Shown one piece after another: positions 1 through 7,553 of a stretch of 64,000 nucleotides of DNA. Numbering within the stretch: position 1 is the stretch's first letter; each line of letters opens with the position of its first letter. The position numbers and the translations under genes were made by a program. The notes beneath the pieces were generated by a model. That model ran no database searches, was not told the origin of the DNA, and saw only the letters and a list, made by a program, of their open reading frames with translations. The stretch covers positions 1-64,000 of the IMG/VR virus record IMGVR_UViG_3300046820_001050. One strand, 5' to 3'. Source of the stretch: a virus.

Positions 1-96
1 TGACGAGTATCACAATGAGCCTAAGCAAATAAGTGCCCAATTTGTCAGCCCCCTCTGTTAAACTTACTATACAAACAAACGAAAGGTAGTCAATAA

Positions 97-282
97 ATGA
101 CATACACTATAACACTCGAAACCTTTAGCGGTTCGACTAAGAAAATCAACCTCGCCTCTCGTGGTGCGGTTGCTCAATTCATCTCAACATACCCAACACA
201 ATTACCTGTTGGCGTATCTGTTAAAGTCGCTTGCGACTCTCTTGGTATTCGTGGAACTCTTAGAGGTAAGGCGGTCTTATAG
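97..282 (+). CDS. hypothetical early protein
   Basis: 61-aa ORF with SD GAAAGG, behind a TGTCAG-N10-TAAACT promoter. Confidence 0.75.
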   Translation: MTYTITLETFSGSTKKINLASRGAVAQFISTYPTQLPVGVSVKVACDSLGIRGTLRGKAVL

Positions 283-399
283 TGCAACTCTTTATCTGCG
301 ACTCATGCGATACCCTCGCAATTTTGTCAGTGGTAGGCGATACAATTAAATTAACAAAATGCTCATGTCAAACAAACTAAGAATAGGAAAACTAAAACA

Positions 400-606
400 A
401 TGGTAAAAATCCCACACGCTTTGCACTTTGTAACAGAAGTAGACGAAACTCATCCAACAGGTAAGCAATTACTTGAACTAAATCATGAAATGCAAATTAC
501 TTTGCTTGAAGGAATGCTAAAGGACCTGCTTGCGCCTGCACTAAAAGAGGCTTTGGCAACAATTAACGAAAACGGAACTTTCGCAATTCTTAAGGTGGCC
601 GACTAA
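400..606 (+). CDS. hypothetical early protein
   Basis: ORF with AGGA SD, behind promoter at 325-346. Confidence 0.75.
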   Translation: MVKIPHALHFVTEVDETHPTGKQLLELNHEMQITLLEGMLKDLLAPALKEALATINENGTFAILKVAD

Positions 607-788
607 TGATGACTCGTAAAGACTACATCGAAACTGCAAAAATTCTAAATCAATTTGCAAATGAAATTGATTCAAAAAATTTTCAAGATTTAATTTTTGA
701 ATTTAGCGAATGGTTTGCTTCAGATAATCCAAGATTTGACGAAAATAAATTTTGGGATGCTTGCGTTAAAGAATTAGCAAACGTATAA
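606..788 (+). CDS. conserved phage hypothetical protein (MTRKDY...DNPRFD..KF..AC type)
   Basis: TAATG coupling to upstream gene; recognisable small phage protein pattern. Confidence 0.8.
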   Translation: MMTRKDYIETAKILNQFANEIDSKNFQDLIFEFSEWFASDNPRFDENKFWDACVKELANV

Positions 789-791
789 AAA

Positions 792-819
792 AGATCCTGA
801 GCATGATTTCAAACTGCTC
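792..819 (+). ncRNA. repeated H-type pseudoknot motif, copy 1
   Basis: AGATC-CT-GAGCA-T-GATTT-CAAAC-TGCTC, 3 nt after a stop codon. Confidence 0.75.
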
Positions 820-844
820 AAATTTTTCCTAGGTGCCTAGGCCG

Positions 845-874
845 TTATCCACAGGTCAGACTAAGTTATCCACA
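845..874 (+). promoter_or_regulatory. two perfect DnaA boxes
   Basis: TTATCCACA at 845-853 and 866-874, within a GTTATCCACAGGTCA direct repeat. Confidence 0.7.
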
Positions 875-886
875 GGTCATTTAAGA

Positions 887-902
887 TGTGAGATTAAACA
901 CA
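887..902. promoter_or_regulatory. CRP/GlxR-like box (1 mismatch)
   Basis: TGTGA-GATTAA-ACACA. Confidence 0.5.
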
Positions 903-950
903 CCCAAAACCTGTCCACATTTTGAGATTTTAAGATTTTAATTTGATAAA

Positions 951-972
951 TGTCAGACCCCCATGATAGGAT
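951..972 (+). promoter_or_regulatory. TGTCAG-N10-TANNNT promoter (representative of 7 copies)
   Basis: TGTCAG acccccatga TAGGAT; same spacing at 43, 325, 2378, 3698, 4467, 5106. Confidence 0.75.
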
Positions 973-1014
973 TACAGAGTAATAAAGTAAATAAACAAAC
1001 GAAAGAGGTTGCTC

Positions 1015-1227
1015 ATGTCAGCAAATGTCTATACAATAGAAAACCTACTTGTAGGAAAAACTTATAAGTCTCGTACACTTACGGGAGAAATTATTGATGC
1101 AGAAAAAACAAATGATGTATGGTATGCAAATTGCGATACATACAGAGTGCAGGTACGCCCCCACTACTCAGCACCACTTAACTTAAAAGATACTTACCGC
1201 TATTTAGCAGTAAAGACAGGAGAATAA
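1015..1227 (+). CDS. small beta-rich hypothetical protein
   Basis: SD AGAGG before ATG at 1015. Confidence 0.7.
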   Translation: MSANVYTIENLLVGKTYKSRTLTGEIIDAEKTNDVWYANCDTYRVQVRPHYSAPLNLKDTYRYLAVKTGE

Positions 1228-1229
1228 TA

Positions 1230-1406
1230 ATGAACACATGGAATTGCATGGAATGCTATGATGAGGGCGTACTATTTTGGGGTAGCACTAATGGCGAATA
1301 CGATACAGACTTTTGTGAGTGTAACAAGGGTGTTATGCTTTACAACGAATACACCGCATGGTATGCTGAGAACGAATTAAACGAATACACATTGGAGAAC
1401 GCATAA
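1230..1406 (+). CDS. 58-aa Cys-containing hypothetical protein (not in ORF track)
   Basis: MNTWNCMECYDEG...FCECNKG; SD AGGAG; stop overlaps next ATG. Confidence 0.7.
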   Translation: MNTWNCMECYDEGVLFWGSTNGEYDTDFCECNKGVMLYNEYTAWYAENELNEYTLENA

Positions 1407-1627
1407 TGAATAATGAATACCTATACTCAATAACAGTAACCTATGACTCAGGCACTAAGCCTAATTGGACAGGTCGCTACTCAGATGCTTTAACTGCCGT
1501 GGAAGCATACCAGCGCTTTGTTGATGTCGGGTTTGCTAACGAATACACAACAATTAATTTATCAGAGCCGTCAGGCAAAATGCATACAAAAATAATTGAC
1601 CGCATGGGAAAGGTAACAACACGATAA
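1406..1627 (+). CDS. hypothetical protein
   Basis: coupled ORF with GGAG SD. Confidence 0.75.
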   Translation: MNNEYLYSITVTYDSGTKPNWTGRYSDALTAVEAYQRFVDVGFANEYTTINLSEPSGKMHTKIIDRMGKVTTR

Positions 1628-1899
1628 TGGGAAGCGTAACAGCATTGGGAATACAAGATAGCGTACTTGATTTAGAAACTCAGATTGCTTATCACTTACA
1701 GGGTAATCACTATCCACCCGTTCCACTAAGCATGGTGCAACCTTGCATTGACGCTATTGATGCATACTATGATGAGGACTATGACCGATTTATTGCTATG
1801 CCTGAAGGCGTATTCTATAAGGGCATGAGTCATGCACCAGCAAGCGCAGTAATTGAACAACACCACTTATCTTTTTGGTTACCAGAAAACGAGGGGTGA
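1627..1899 (+). CDS. conserved actinophage-type hypothetical protein
   Basis: HLQGNHYPPVP...C..AI...HHL pattern; coupled ORF. Confidence 0.75.
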   Translation: MGSVTALGIQDSVLDLETQIAYHLQGNHYPPVPLSMVQPCIDAIDAYYDEDYDRFIAMPEGVFYKGMSHAPASAVIEQHHLSFWLPENEG

Positions 1900-1903
1900 G
1901 TAA

Positions 1904-2143
1904 ATGTCTGATACAATGATAAGCATGGAATTGATACACGCTGATAACTTAACCGCAGATCAAATCATGATTGGTGATTTAATCAAGATTGATAATGACA
2001 TCGTTGAAGTTATTTTTATTGAAAGCGATTCAACAGGTGATAACTATGACATACAAACGCAAAATGAGTTTGGTGAAAAAGAAGTTACACAGTATGCATA
2101 CACTGATTTAATTCCGTTGTATGTTTTTACTGAAGAAGAATAG
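1904..2143 (+). CDS. acidic hypothetical protein
   Basis: ORF with GAGG SD. Confidence 0.7.
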   Translation: MSDTMISMELIHADNLTADQIMIGDLIKIDNDIVEVIFIESDSTGDNYDIQTQNEFGEKEVTQYAYTDLIPLYVFTEEE

Positions 2144-2216
2144 TAAAAGTATTTTTATGCACTTCCCCGCATAAAAATGCCTAGGCATTTTACCTAGCGT
2201 GTCGTTTTGTTTTTGA

Positions 2217-2272
2217 TGTGAGATTGATCACTTTACGTAGCATTTGACATTTTTTCCCAAGTCTGCTAAGAT
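2217..2272 (+). promoter_or_regulatory. CRP-like box plus sigma-A promoter driving a leaderless gene
   Basis: TGTGA-N6-TCACT (2217-2232); TTGACA(2244)-17-TAAGAT(2267); ATG 7 nt downstream. Confidence 0.65.
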
Positions 2273-2278
2273 TAATTT

Positions 2279-2419
2279 ATGAAAAAAAATAAAGAGGAAT
2301 TACGTAGGCTTATGGAACTCCGTAGGTCTAACGCTGCCTCTGCCGTACCCAATAAGAAAAAGTATAACCGTAAAAAATGTCAGTCCCTTATGTTAGAATT
2401 AAAGAAAGAAAGAGAGTAG
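2279..2419 (+). CDS. 46-aa basic peptide (leaderless, not in ORF track)
   Basis: MKKNKEELRRLMELRRSNAASAVPNKKKYNRKK... Confidence 0.6.
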   Translation: MKKNKEELRRLMELRRSNAASAVPNKKKYNRKKCQSLMLELKKERE

Positions 2420-2425
2420 CCCACC

Positions 2426-2536
2426 ATGGATTTTTATGACGATTACTATGAAACAGACATGCTACGCCCAAGCGCTAAGGCATGCTATTGTAAACTCCAT
2501 TCAATTTGCGCTAACTGCAAGGAGAGTTACAACTAA
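2426..2536 (+). CDS. 36-aa Cys-rich peptide
   Basis: MDFYDDYYE...CYCKLHSICANCKESYN; coupled to next gene. Confidence 0.55.
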   Translation: MDFYDDYYETDMLRPSAKACYCKLHSICANCKESYN

Positions 2537-3258
2537 TGACTAAATTACTAAGATCTAAAGATAGAAAGGTGGCTAACCTTGTCACACCCAACGGGAAACA
2601 AGCAAGTATTGCTAACACATTCGGACTACCTGCAGGAAAGTCTTATTCATGTCCTGGCGCAACGTCTGTCTGCGAGAGTGTTTGCTACGCAGGCAAATTG
2701 GAAAAGGTCTTTCCAACAGTAAAGAAAAACCTATTGCACAATTGGTCATTGCTTAAAGACGCAGACGGCGAAACCATGGTGCGTCTAATTAATGAAATGA
2801 TCACAGAATTCAAGGCTGATTGTGTAAAGCGTGAGGCACCTATGCTATTCCGTATCCATTGGGACGGAGATTTCTTTAACGATACTTATACATATGCGTG
2901 GAAAGTAGTTATTGATAAGCACCCTGACATTCAATTTTGGGTATACACTCGTGTGAAGAGTGCTGCACTTATTCTTAAGGATGTATCTAATCTATCATTG
3001 TATTTTTCTGCTGACAGTGAGAATGTTAAAACTGCCGTTGATCTAAAAATTAATAGTGGCGTACGTATGGCATACCTTGCTAAGAATTTTGCTATAGGTC
3101 AAGCAGATGTAAAAGAAATGATTGGCCGTCCTGCTGCTAAGTGTCCTGAGAATAATAAGCAAATTCCACTTATCTCAACTAATGGTAGCGCTTGCGTTTC
3201 TTGTTCATTGTGTGTATACTCTAAGAGTGACATAATTTTTTCTGCCACTAAGAAATGA
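2536..3258 (+). CDS. Gp88-like Cys-cluster protein (radical-SAM-like)
   Basis: CPGATSVCESVCYA, FRIHWDGDF, FWVYTR and C-terminal C..C..C, typical of the phage gene product 88 family. Confidence 0.75.
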   Translation: MTKLLRSKDRKVANLVTPNGKQASIANTFGLPAGKSYSCPGATSVCESVCYAGKLEKVFPTVKKNLLHNWSLLKDADGETMVRLINEMITEFKADCVKREAPMLFRIHWDGDFFNDTYTYAWKVVIDKHPDIQFWVYTRVKSAALILKDVSNLSLYFSADSENVKTAVDLKINSGVRMAYLAKNFAIGQADVKEMIGRPAAKCPENNKQIPLISTNGSACVSCSLCVYSKSDIIFSATKK

Positions 3259-3389
3259 GACAAGATGTTTGATATAGTTATTTTATTTTTAACTGCAATA
3301 TTTTTATATGCAATGTTTGCAAGCCCGTTGTGAAATGGGCACCTAGGCGCAAAACTTTTTCATTGTCAAGTTTAGACACGCACAAACTA

Positions 3390-3405
3390 TGTGATTAAGG
3401 TCACA
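3390..3405. promoter_or_regulatory. perfect CRP/GlxR box
   Basis: TGTGA-TTAAGG-TCACA upstream of -10 TATACT at 3449. Confidence 0.65.
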
Positions 3406-3488
3406 CACAAAAAACCTCGCTAAATTGGTATTTTTGACATTTTTTTGCTATACTTAATACATACCCAAAAACGAAAGGAAGTCCCCAC

Positions 3489-3659
3489 ATGACACTCCAC
3501 GGATACACTTACCAAATTGGTGACCTATTTACAACAAGCAAGACAGGCATTACAGGTCGTATTGCAGGTTTTGCCCCAATGTCTAATAAGGTTACCAGAG
3601 TTAGTCTTGTTTTGGCAAATGGCTCTCGTCGCCTTGCTATGGTCAAGACCTCTAAATAA
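3489..3659 (+). CDS. 56-aa SH3-like small protein (not in ORF track), paralog of next gene
   Basis: YQIGDLFTTSKTGITGRI aligns with YKVGDTYTTQKSKVTGVI; SD AAAGGAAG. Confidence 0.75.
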   Translation: MTLHGYTYQIGDLFTTSKTGITGRIAGFAPMSNKVTRVSLVLANGSRRLAMVKTSK

Positions 3660-3757
3660 TCTCATAATTTGAGATTTATCCCCTACGATTTGTAAAATGT
3701 CAGTAGGAAATGTTATACTTAATACATAAGCAACCAACTAATAGAAAAGGAAATAAA

Positions 3758-3925
3758 ATGTCAGTAGCAACAGCAACATACAAGGTAGGCGATACCTACA
3801 CAACTCAGAAGTCAAAGGTAACAGGCGTTATCACAGAAATCACACCTAACGCAAATGGTCAATCAGTTCGTGTTAAGTTAGATGTAAATGGACAGGCTCG
3901 TTACACAACTTGGACGGCTAAGTAA
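3758..3925 (+). CDS. 55-aa SH3-like small protein
   Basis: SD AAAGGA before ATG 3758; promoter 3698-3719. Confidence 0.75.
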   Translation: MSVATATYKVGDTYTTQKSKVTGVITEITPNANGQSVRVKLDVNGQARYTTWTAK

Positions 3926-3936
3926 TTTAATTACTA

Positions 3937-3963
3937 ATTCCTGAGCAAGAATACAAACTGCTC
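3937..3963 (+). ncRNA. pseudoknot motif, copy 2
   Basis: ATTC-CT-GAGCA-A-GAAT-ACAAAC-TGCTC. Confidence 0.75.
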
Positions 3964-3998
3964 AAACCAACCCCCTAACAGTAAAGGAACAGACCCAC

Positions 3999-4421
3999 AT
4001 GGCAAGAGGAAAAGCAATCTCAGTAAAAATCGCAACACCAAAGGTAATCAAGGCTCTCGAAGGCGCACTCGCAAAGTTAGAACTTGACTACACATCACAA
4101 GAAGCAAACGAAGCAAAGTATGAGAAGGCAAGACAGAAGTGGCAGAAGGAACTTAGTGACTATGCCGTTGCCAACATCAAGAAGGCAGAAAACTTCCGCA
4201 CATCTTATCGCTCATGGAACAATACACTAAACATTGACTATGACTTAACAGTTGCAGAGAAGGATTTGCCTAAAGAGCCTCAGCGTGACTTTGTTGTTAT
4301 GCACCAGCATACATACAATGACCAAAAAGAGGAAATGCTTAACGCAATTCGTATTCTCAAGATGACAGATGAGGAAACAGTCAATACCAGCACTTACAAT
4401 GCGGTTGCTCGTTATCTCTAA
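3999..4421 (+). CDS. conserved actinophage-type hypothetical protein
   Basis: 140-aa ORF, SD AAGGA, strongly biased codon usage. Confidence 0.8.
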   Translation: MARGKAISVKIATPKVIKALEGALAKLELDYTSQEANEAKYEKARQKWQKELSDYAVANIKKAENFRTSYRSWNNTLNIDYDLTVAEKDLPKEPQRDFVVMHQHTYNDQKEEMLNAIRILKMTDEETVNTSTYNAVARYL

Positions 4422-4433
4422 TTAGATAGTAAA

Positions 4434-4460
4434 CGACCTGAGTATGTCGCTAAACTGCTC
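4434..4460 (+). ncRNA. pseudoknot motif, copy 3
   Basis: CGAC-CT-GAGTA-T-GTCG-CTAAAC-TGCTC. Confidence 0.75.
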
Positions 4461-4520
4461 ACAATTTGTCAGCGGTACATAGTACAATTAAATTAAACCA
4501 ACTAACAGAAAGAGGCCCCC

Positions 4521-4940
4521 ATGGACCAGGTAACAAAAGTAGACAATCACTACATGACACGAGAGTTTTTAGAAACTCAGTTAGTAGAAAACAAAAGTCG
4601 TATTGAACAATTAGAAAAGCACATTCAAACGGTAACCCAACGCTCATATGGCGAGGCTGCAGAACGTTCACGTATGCGTAATGAAATGCAAGAGTGGACC
4701 TTAGAAAACTTAAGCGACGGCACCCTTTCAGAAGGTACTGCAGAAGAGATTGCAAACATTTGTGGATTTGAGTTAACACAAGAATTTGAATTAGAAGTTA
4801 CAGTTCAATATTCAATTACAGTCAATGCACGTAATGAAGAAGAAGCACAGAATTTAATTCATGATATTGATTTTGATTCTGTATCAGAGCCACAAGGCGT
4901 AACATACCTGTCATCCAGCGTGGACCGTATAGATATTTAG
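4521..4940 (+). CDS. acidic coiled-coil hypothetical protein
   Basis: ORF with AGAGG SD, behind promoter 4467-4488. Confidence 0.75.
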   Translation: MDQVTKVDNHYMTREFLETQLVENKSRIEQLEKHIQTVTQRSYGEAAERSRMRNEMQEWTLENLSDGTLSEGTAEEIANICGFELTQEFELEVTVQYSITVNARNEEEAQNLIHDIDFDSVSEPQGVTYLSSSVDRIDI

Positions 4941-4954
4941 TAGGGGGCTACTAA

Positions 4955-4982
4955 TAAACCTGAGCATGTTTAAAAACTGCTC
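4955..4982 (+). ncRNA. pseudoknot motif, copy 4
   Basis: TAAAC-CT-GAGCA-T-GTTTA-AAAAC-TGCTC, preceded by hairpin TTAGTAG-GGGG-CTACTAA. Confidence 0.75.
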
Positions 4983-5158
4983 CTCATTGCCCAAAAATTT
5001 CCTAGGTGGCCTGTGGATAACTTTGTCAAGTCGACACGCTGAAATGTATGGTCATAGTTTACGATCTGTCCGTTTTGTCCCCGTATAACTATCCTGATTT
5101 GCATTTGTCAGCCCGTCCTGTTATACTTAAATAATCAACAACAAAAAGGAGAAAACTC

Positions 5159-6175
5159 ATGGCACATGAACTCGAAACACAAAATGGCGTTGCATCATTT
5201 GCATCATTTCGTGAACCCGCTTGGCATGGATTGGGTACCGTATTTACAGAAGAAAAAACAACAAGCGAAATGCTTGCTGCTGCCAATCTAAATAATTGGA
5301 ATGTTCGTCTGGAAGATTTGGAAACCCCATCACATTTAACAAGCGACAAGGCGTACCAGTATGTCTTGCGTACTAACCCTACTGATAACTCTCAGACCGA
5401 CATTCTTGGTGTCGTTGGTGAGCGTTACCATGTAATGCAGAATGAAGATTTATTCTCATTCGGTGATAACATTCTTGATGGTGGTGGTCGTTGGGAAACG
5501 GCTGGCTCAATCAAGGGTGGTCGTGTCGTATTCGGTGCGTTAGCATTAGAGCGTGAAACAATTCTTGACCCTAACGGTGTCGCAGATAAGGTAAAGACTT
5601 ATTTGCTTATTAACACATCACATGATGGCTCAATCGCTATTCAAGCAAGCATTACACCTGTTCGTGTTGTGTGCGCTAATACTCTTAACCTTGCATTGAA
5701 TACAACTAAGCGCAAGGGTGGCGTTAAGCAATCTTTCAAGATTCGTCACACACAGACCGCACAAGGCAAGATTCAAGTTGCTCGTGAGACTCTTGGTCTT
5801 GCACATAAGTACATGGATTCTTTTGACCTTATGGCAAAAGCAATGATTGAAACAGAAGTTAATGCTAAGCAATTTAACGACATCATTCTTGCTGCATACC
5901 CAAAGCCTGAAAAAGACTCTAAGGGTGCTTTCAAGAAATGGGAAAACAAGGTAGATGTTATCAATGACATCTACACAGGTGAGTTTAATGGTATGATTGC
6001 TGGTAACGCATGGGGTGCTTTCAATGCACTAACAGAGCGTTTAGATTGGTACCGTTCTGCTCGTGGTGGTTCTAACGAATCTATCCTTGCATCTGCAAGT
6101 GGTTTTGACCCTGCTATCAATGCAGAAAAAAATCGTTTGCTGAAAGTTGTGCAAAGCACTTTGCAAATTGCATAA
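5159..6175 (+). CDS. DUF932/DUF945 family protein (LGT_TIGR03299-like)
   Basis: MAHELE...PAWHGLG...LGVVGERY...QN...ETAGS..GG...SHDGS...TPVRVVCANTL...IRHT. Confidence 0.9.
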   Translation: MAHELETQNGVASFASFREPAWHGLGTVFTEEKTTSEMLAAANLNNWNVRLEDLETPSHLTSDKAYQYVLRTNPTDNSQTDILGVVGERYHVMQNEDLFSFGDNILDGGGRWETAGSIKGGRVVFGALALERETILDPNGVADKVKTYLLINTSHDGSIAIQASITPVRVVCANTLNLALNTTKRKGGVKQSFKIRHTQTAQGKIQVARETLGLAHKYMDSFDLMAKAMIETEVNAKQFNDIILAAYPKPEKDSKGAFKKWENKVDVINDIYTGEFNGMIAGNAWGAFNALTERLDWYRSARGGSNESILASASGFDPAINAEKNRLLKVVQSTLQIA

Positions 6176-6182
6176 TTAAAAA

Positions 6183-6210
6183 AATTCCTGAGTAAGAATT
6201 AAAACTGCTC
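6183..6210 (+). ncRNA. pseudoknot motif, copy 5 (just 5' of tRNA-Asp)
   Basis: AATTC-CT-GAGTA-A-GAATT-AAAAC-TGCTC. Confidence 0.75.
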
Positions 6211-6217
6211 ACCATTA

Positions 6218-6291
6218 GGTCCGTTAGAATAGTTGGTTAGTTCGCCACCCTGTCACGGTGGAGGTCACGGGTTCAAGTCCCGTACGGATCG
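6218..6291 (+). tRNA. tRNA-Asp(GTC)
   Basis: cloverleaf: GGTCCGT/ACGGATC acceptor, CCACC-CTGTCAC-GGTGG anticodon arm, TTCAAGT T-loop; no encoded CCA. Confidence 0.95.
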
Positions 6292-6443
6292 CAAAAAATT
6301 CCTAGGTGATCTAGTTAGTCTAGGTGTCCGATATGTCCGAATTGACATTTTTAATAATATCTATTAAGATCATCAAATAATATTTCCTGGATTTTCCGAT
6401 TACGATACTTGACATTTATCTCCCAAACCCCTATAATTAGTAT

Positions 6444-6608
6444 ATGACCCAAACAAAACCTTACACAATAGATGAACTAATGCAAAAAATATATGATGAG
6501 AATTTTTCTCATTTTGATTTCATGGATAACATGAATGGTGGAGAGTGTGATTGTAATCTCCATGTGGCTATGGATTTAATGTATGAGTATGGGGGTGGAC
6601 TATGTTAG
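6444..6608 (+). CDS. 54-aa hypothetical protein (leaderless)
   Basis: TTGACA...TATAAT-6nt-ATG. Confidence 0.6.
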   Translation: MTQTKPYTIDELMQKIYDENFSHFDFMDNMNGGECDCNLHVAMDLMYEYGGGLC

Positions 6609-6757
6609 GCTATACCGTTGATGATTTAGATGAAATGATTAGGGCTGTTGTCCTATCTAAGAAATCAGTACCAAGCACACAACTTAGAATCCATGCTGGA
6701 TTAGATAAAGCAGAGGAGTTCCTTAAAGGACTATGGGCAGAAGGGTACTTTGACTAA
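6602..6757 (+). CDS. 51-aa hypothetical protein
   Basis: MLGYTVDDLDEM...GLWAEGYFD; overlapping start/stop chain. Confidence 0.65.
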   Translation: MLGYTVDDLDEMIRAVVLSKKSVPSTQLRIHAGLDKAEEFLKGLWAEGYFD

Positions 6758-6936
6758 TGAATCGTATTAGAGTGACTCTTGAGTTAGATATTGATTTAGA
6801 TTCCTGGAAAGAAATGGGTATGGAGATAGCAGAGGATGATGCTGAGGACTTTGCTAAAGAAGAATTCATGGAGTGGATTCATGCTATGAGTGATACAGAT
6901 ATTTATGAGTGTATGGAGACTAAGTATGTGGACTAA
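6757..6936 (+). CDS. 59-aa acidic hypothetical protein
   Basis: coupled ORF MNRIRVTLELDIDL... Confidence 0.6.
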   Translation: MNRIRVTLELDIDLDSWKEMGMEIAEDDAEDFAKEEFMEWIHAMSDTDIYECMETKYVD

Positions 6937-7141
6937 GTATGATTATCTATGTACTGATTGTGATGCTCTTATAGAGATTACTGCTTGTGCTGATAAGGTT
7001 CTTGATCCCGCCTGTATTTGCGGGGGATTAGGAATAGTTATCCTATTATCACAGGGAGATGGAACAGGACCTCTCCTGGAGCCTGTGACGAAGGTCACAC
7101 CCGCTGGACTTGTAAAAATCAACACCAACCCGTATAATTAA
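6926..7141 (+). CDS. zinc-ribbon protein
   Basis: YDYLCTDCD...PACICG. Confidence 0.6.
   Translation: MWTKYDYLCTDCDALIEITACADKVLDPACICGGLGIVILLSQGDGTGPLLEPVTKVTPAGLVKINTNPYN
7084..7138 (+). promoter_or_regulatory. perfect CRP box plus sigma-A promoter (leaderless ATG at 7145)
   Basis: TGTGA-CGAAGG-TCACA; TTGTAA-17-TATAAT. Confidence 0.65.
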
Positions 7142-7144
7142 TAT

Positions 7145-7309
7145 ATGGACCTAAATACACTTAAAGAATATATCAGACTACATGCTATCTCCCTTGAACA
7201 GGACTTAGCCCACACACTGGAGCATGAGGACAATGCTGACGACATAACCTTTTACCTTGAAGGTTCTATTGATGTATGCAACCACCTATTGGAGGTTATC
7301 AGTGAGTGA
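7145..7309 (+). CDS. 54-aa hypothetical protein (leaderless)
   Basis: MDLNTLKEYIRLH... Confidence 0.6.
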   Translation: MDLNTLKEYIRLHAISLEQDLAHTLEHEDNADDITFYLEGSIDVCNHLLEVISE

Positions 7310-7553
7310 GAAGTATCCCTTTATCCCCGAACATTTGGAGAAGGGCTTAGAGGATATCTCTATCCCACTAATAGATTTATTACATGGTCACTTGAAGGTA
7401 GCCATGCTTGAATCAGAAATTAAATTAGAACGCTGTGAAGGTGATGAGCGTGAGTGGCTTGACGGCTATATGCAAGCCTTGACAGAACTATACTGCTTGA
7501 CATATAATTTATCTATAGACCGCAAGCATATTGAGGAGAAGTACTATGCCTAA
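7302..7553 (+). CDS. hypothetical protein
   Basis: GTG start with GGAGG SD, inside tracked ORF 7257-7553. Confidence 0.6.
   Translation: MSEKYPFIPEHLEKGLEDISIPLIDLLHGHLKVAMLESEIKLERCEGDEREWLDGYMQALTELYCLTYNLSIDRKHIEEKYYA

Noticed and set aside
792-819. Repeated CTGAG..A...AAAC motif as a hammerhead ribozyme core
   Set aside because: Lacks CUGANGA (G8) and GAAA in a three-stem arrangement; the covariation fits an H-type pseudoknot instead.
792-6210. Repeats as a CRISPR array
   Set aside because: Copies are dispersed and separated by whole genes, with no regular spacers; the Cas4-like gene lies in the replication module as is usual for phages.
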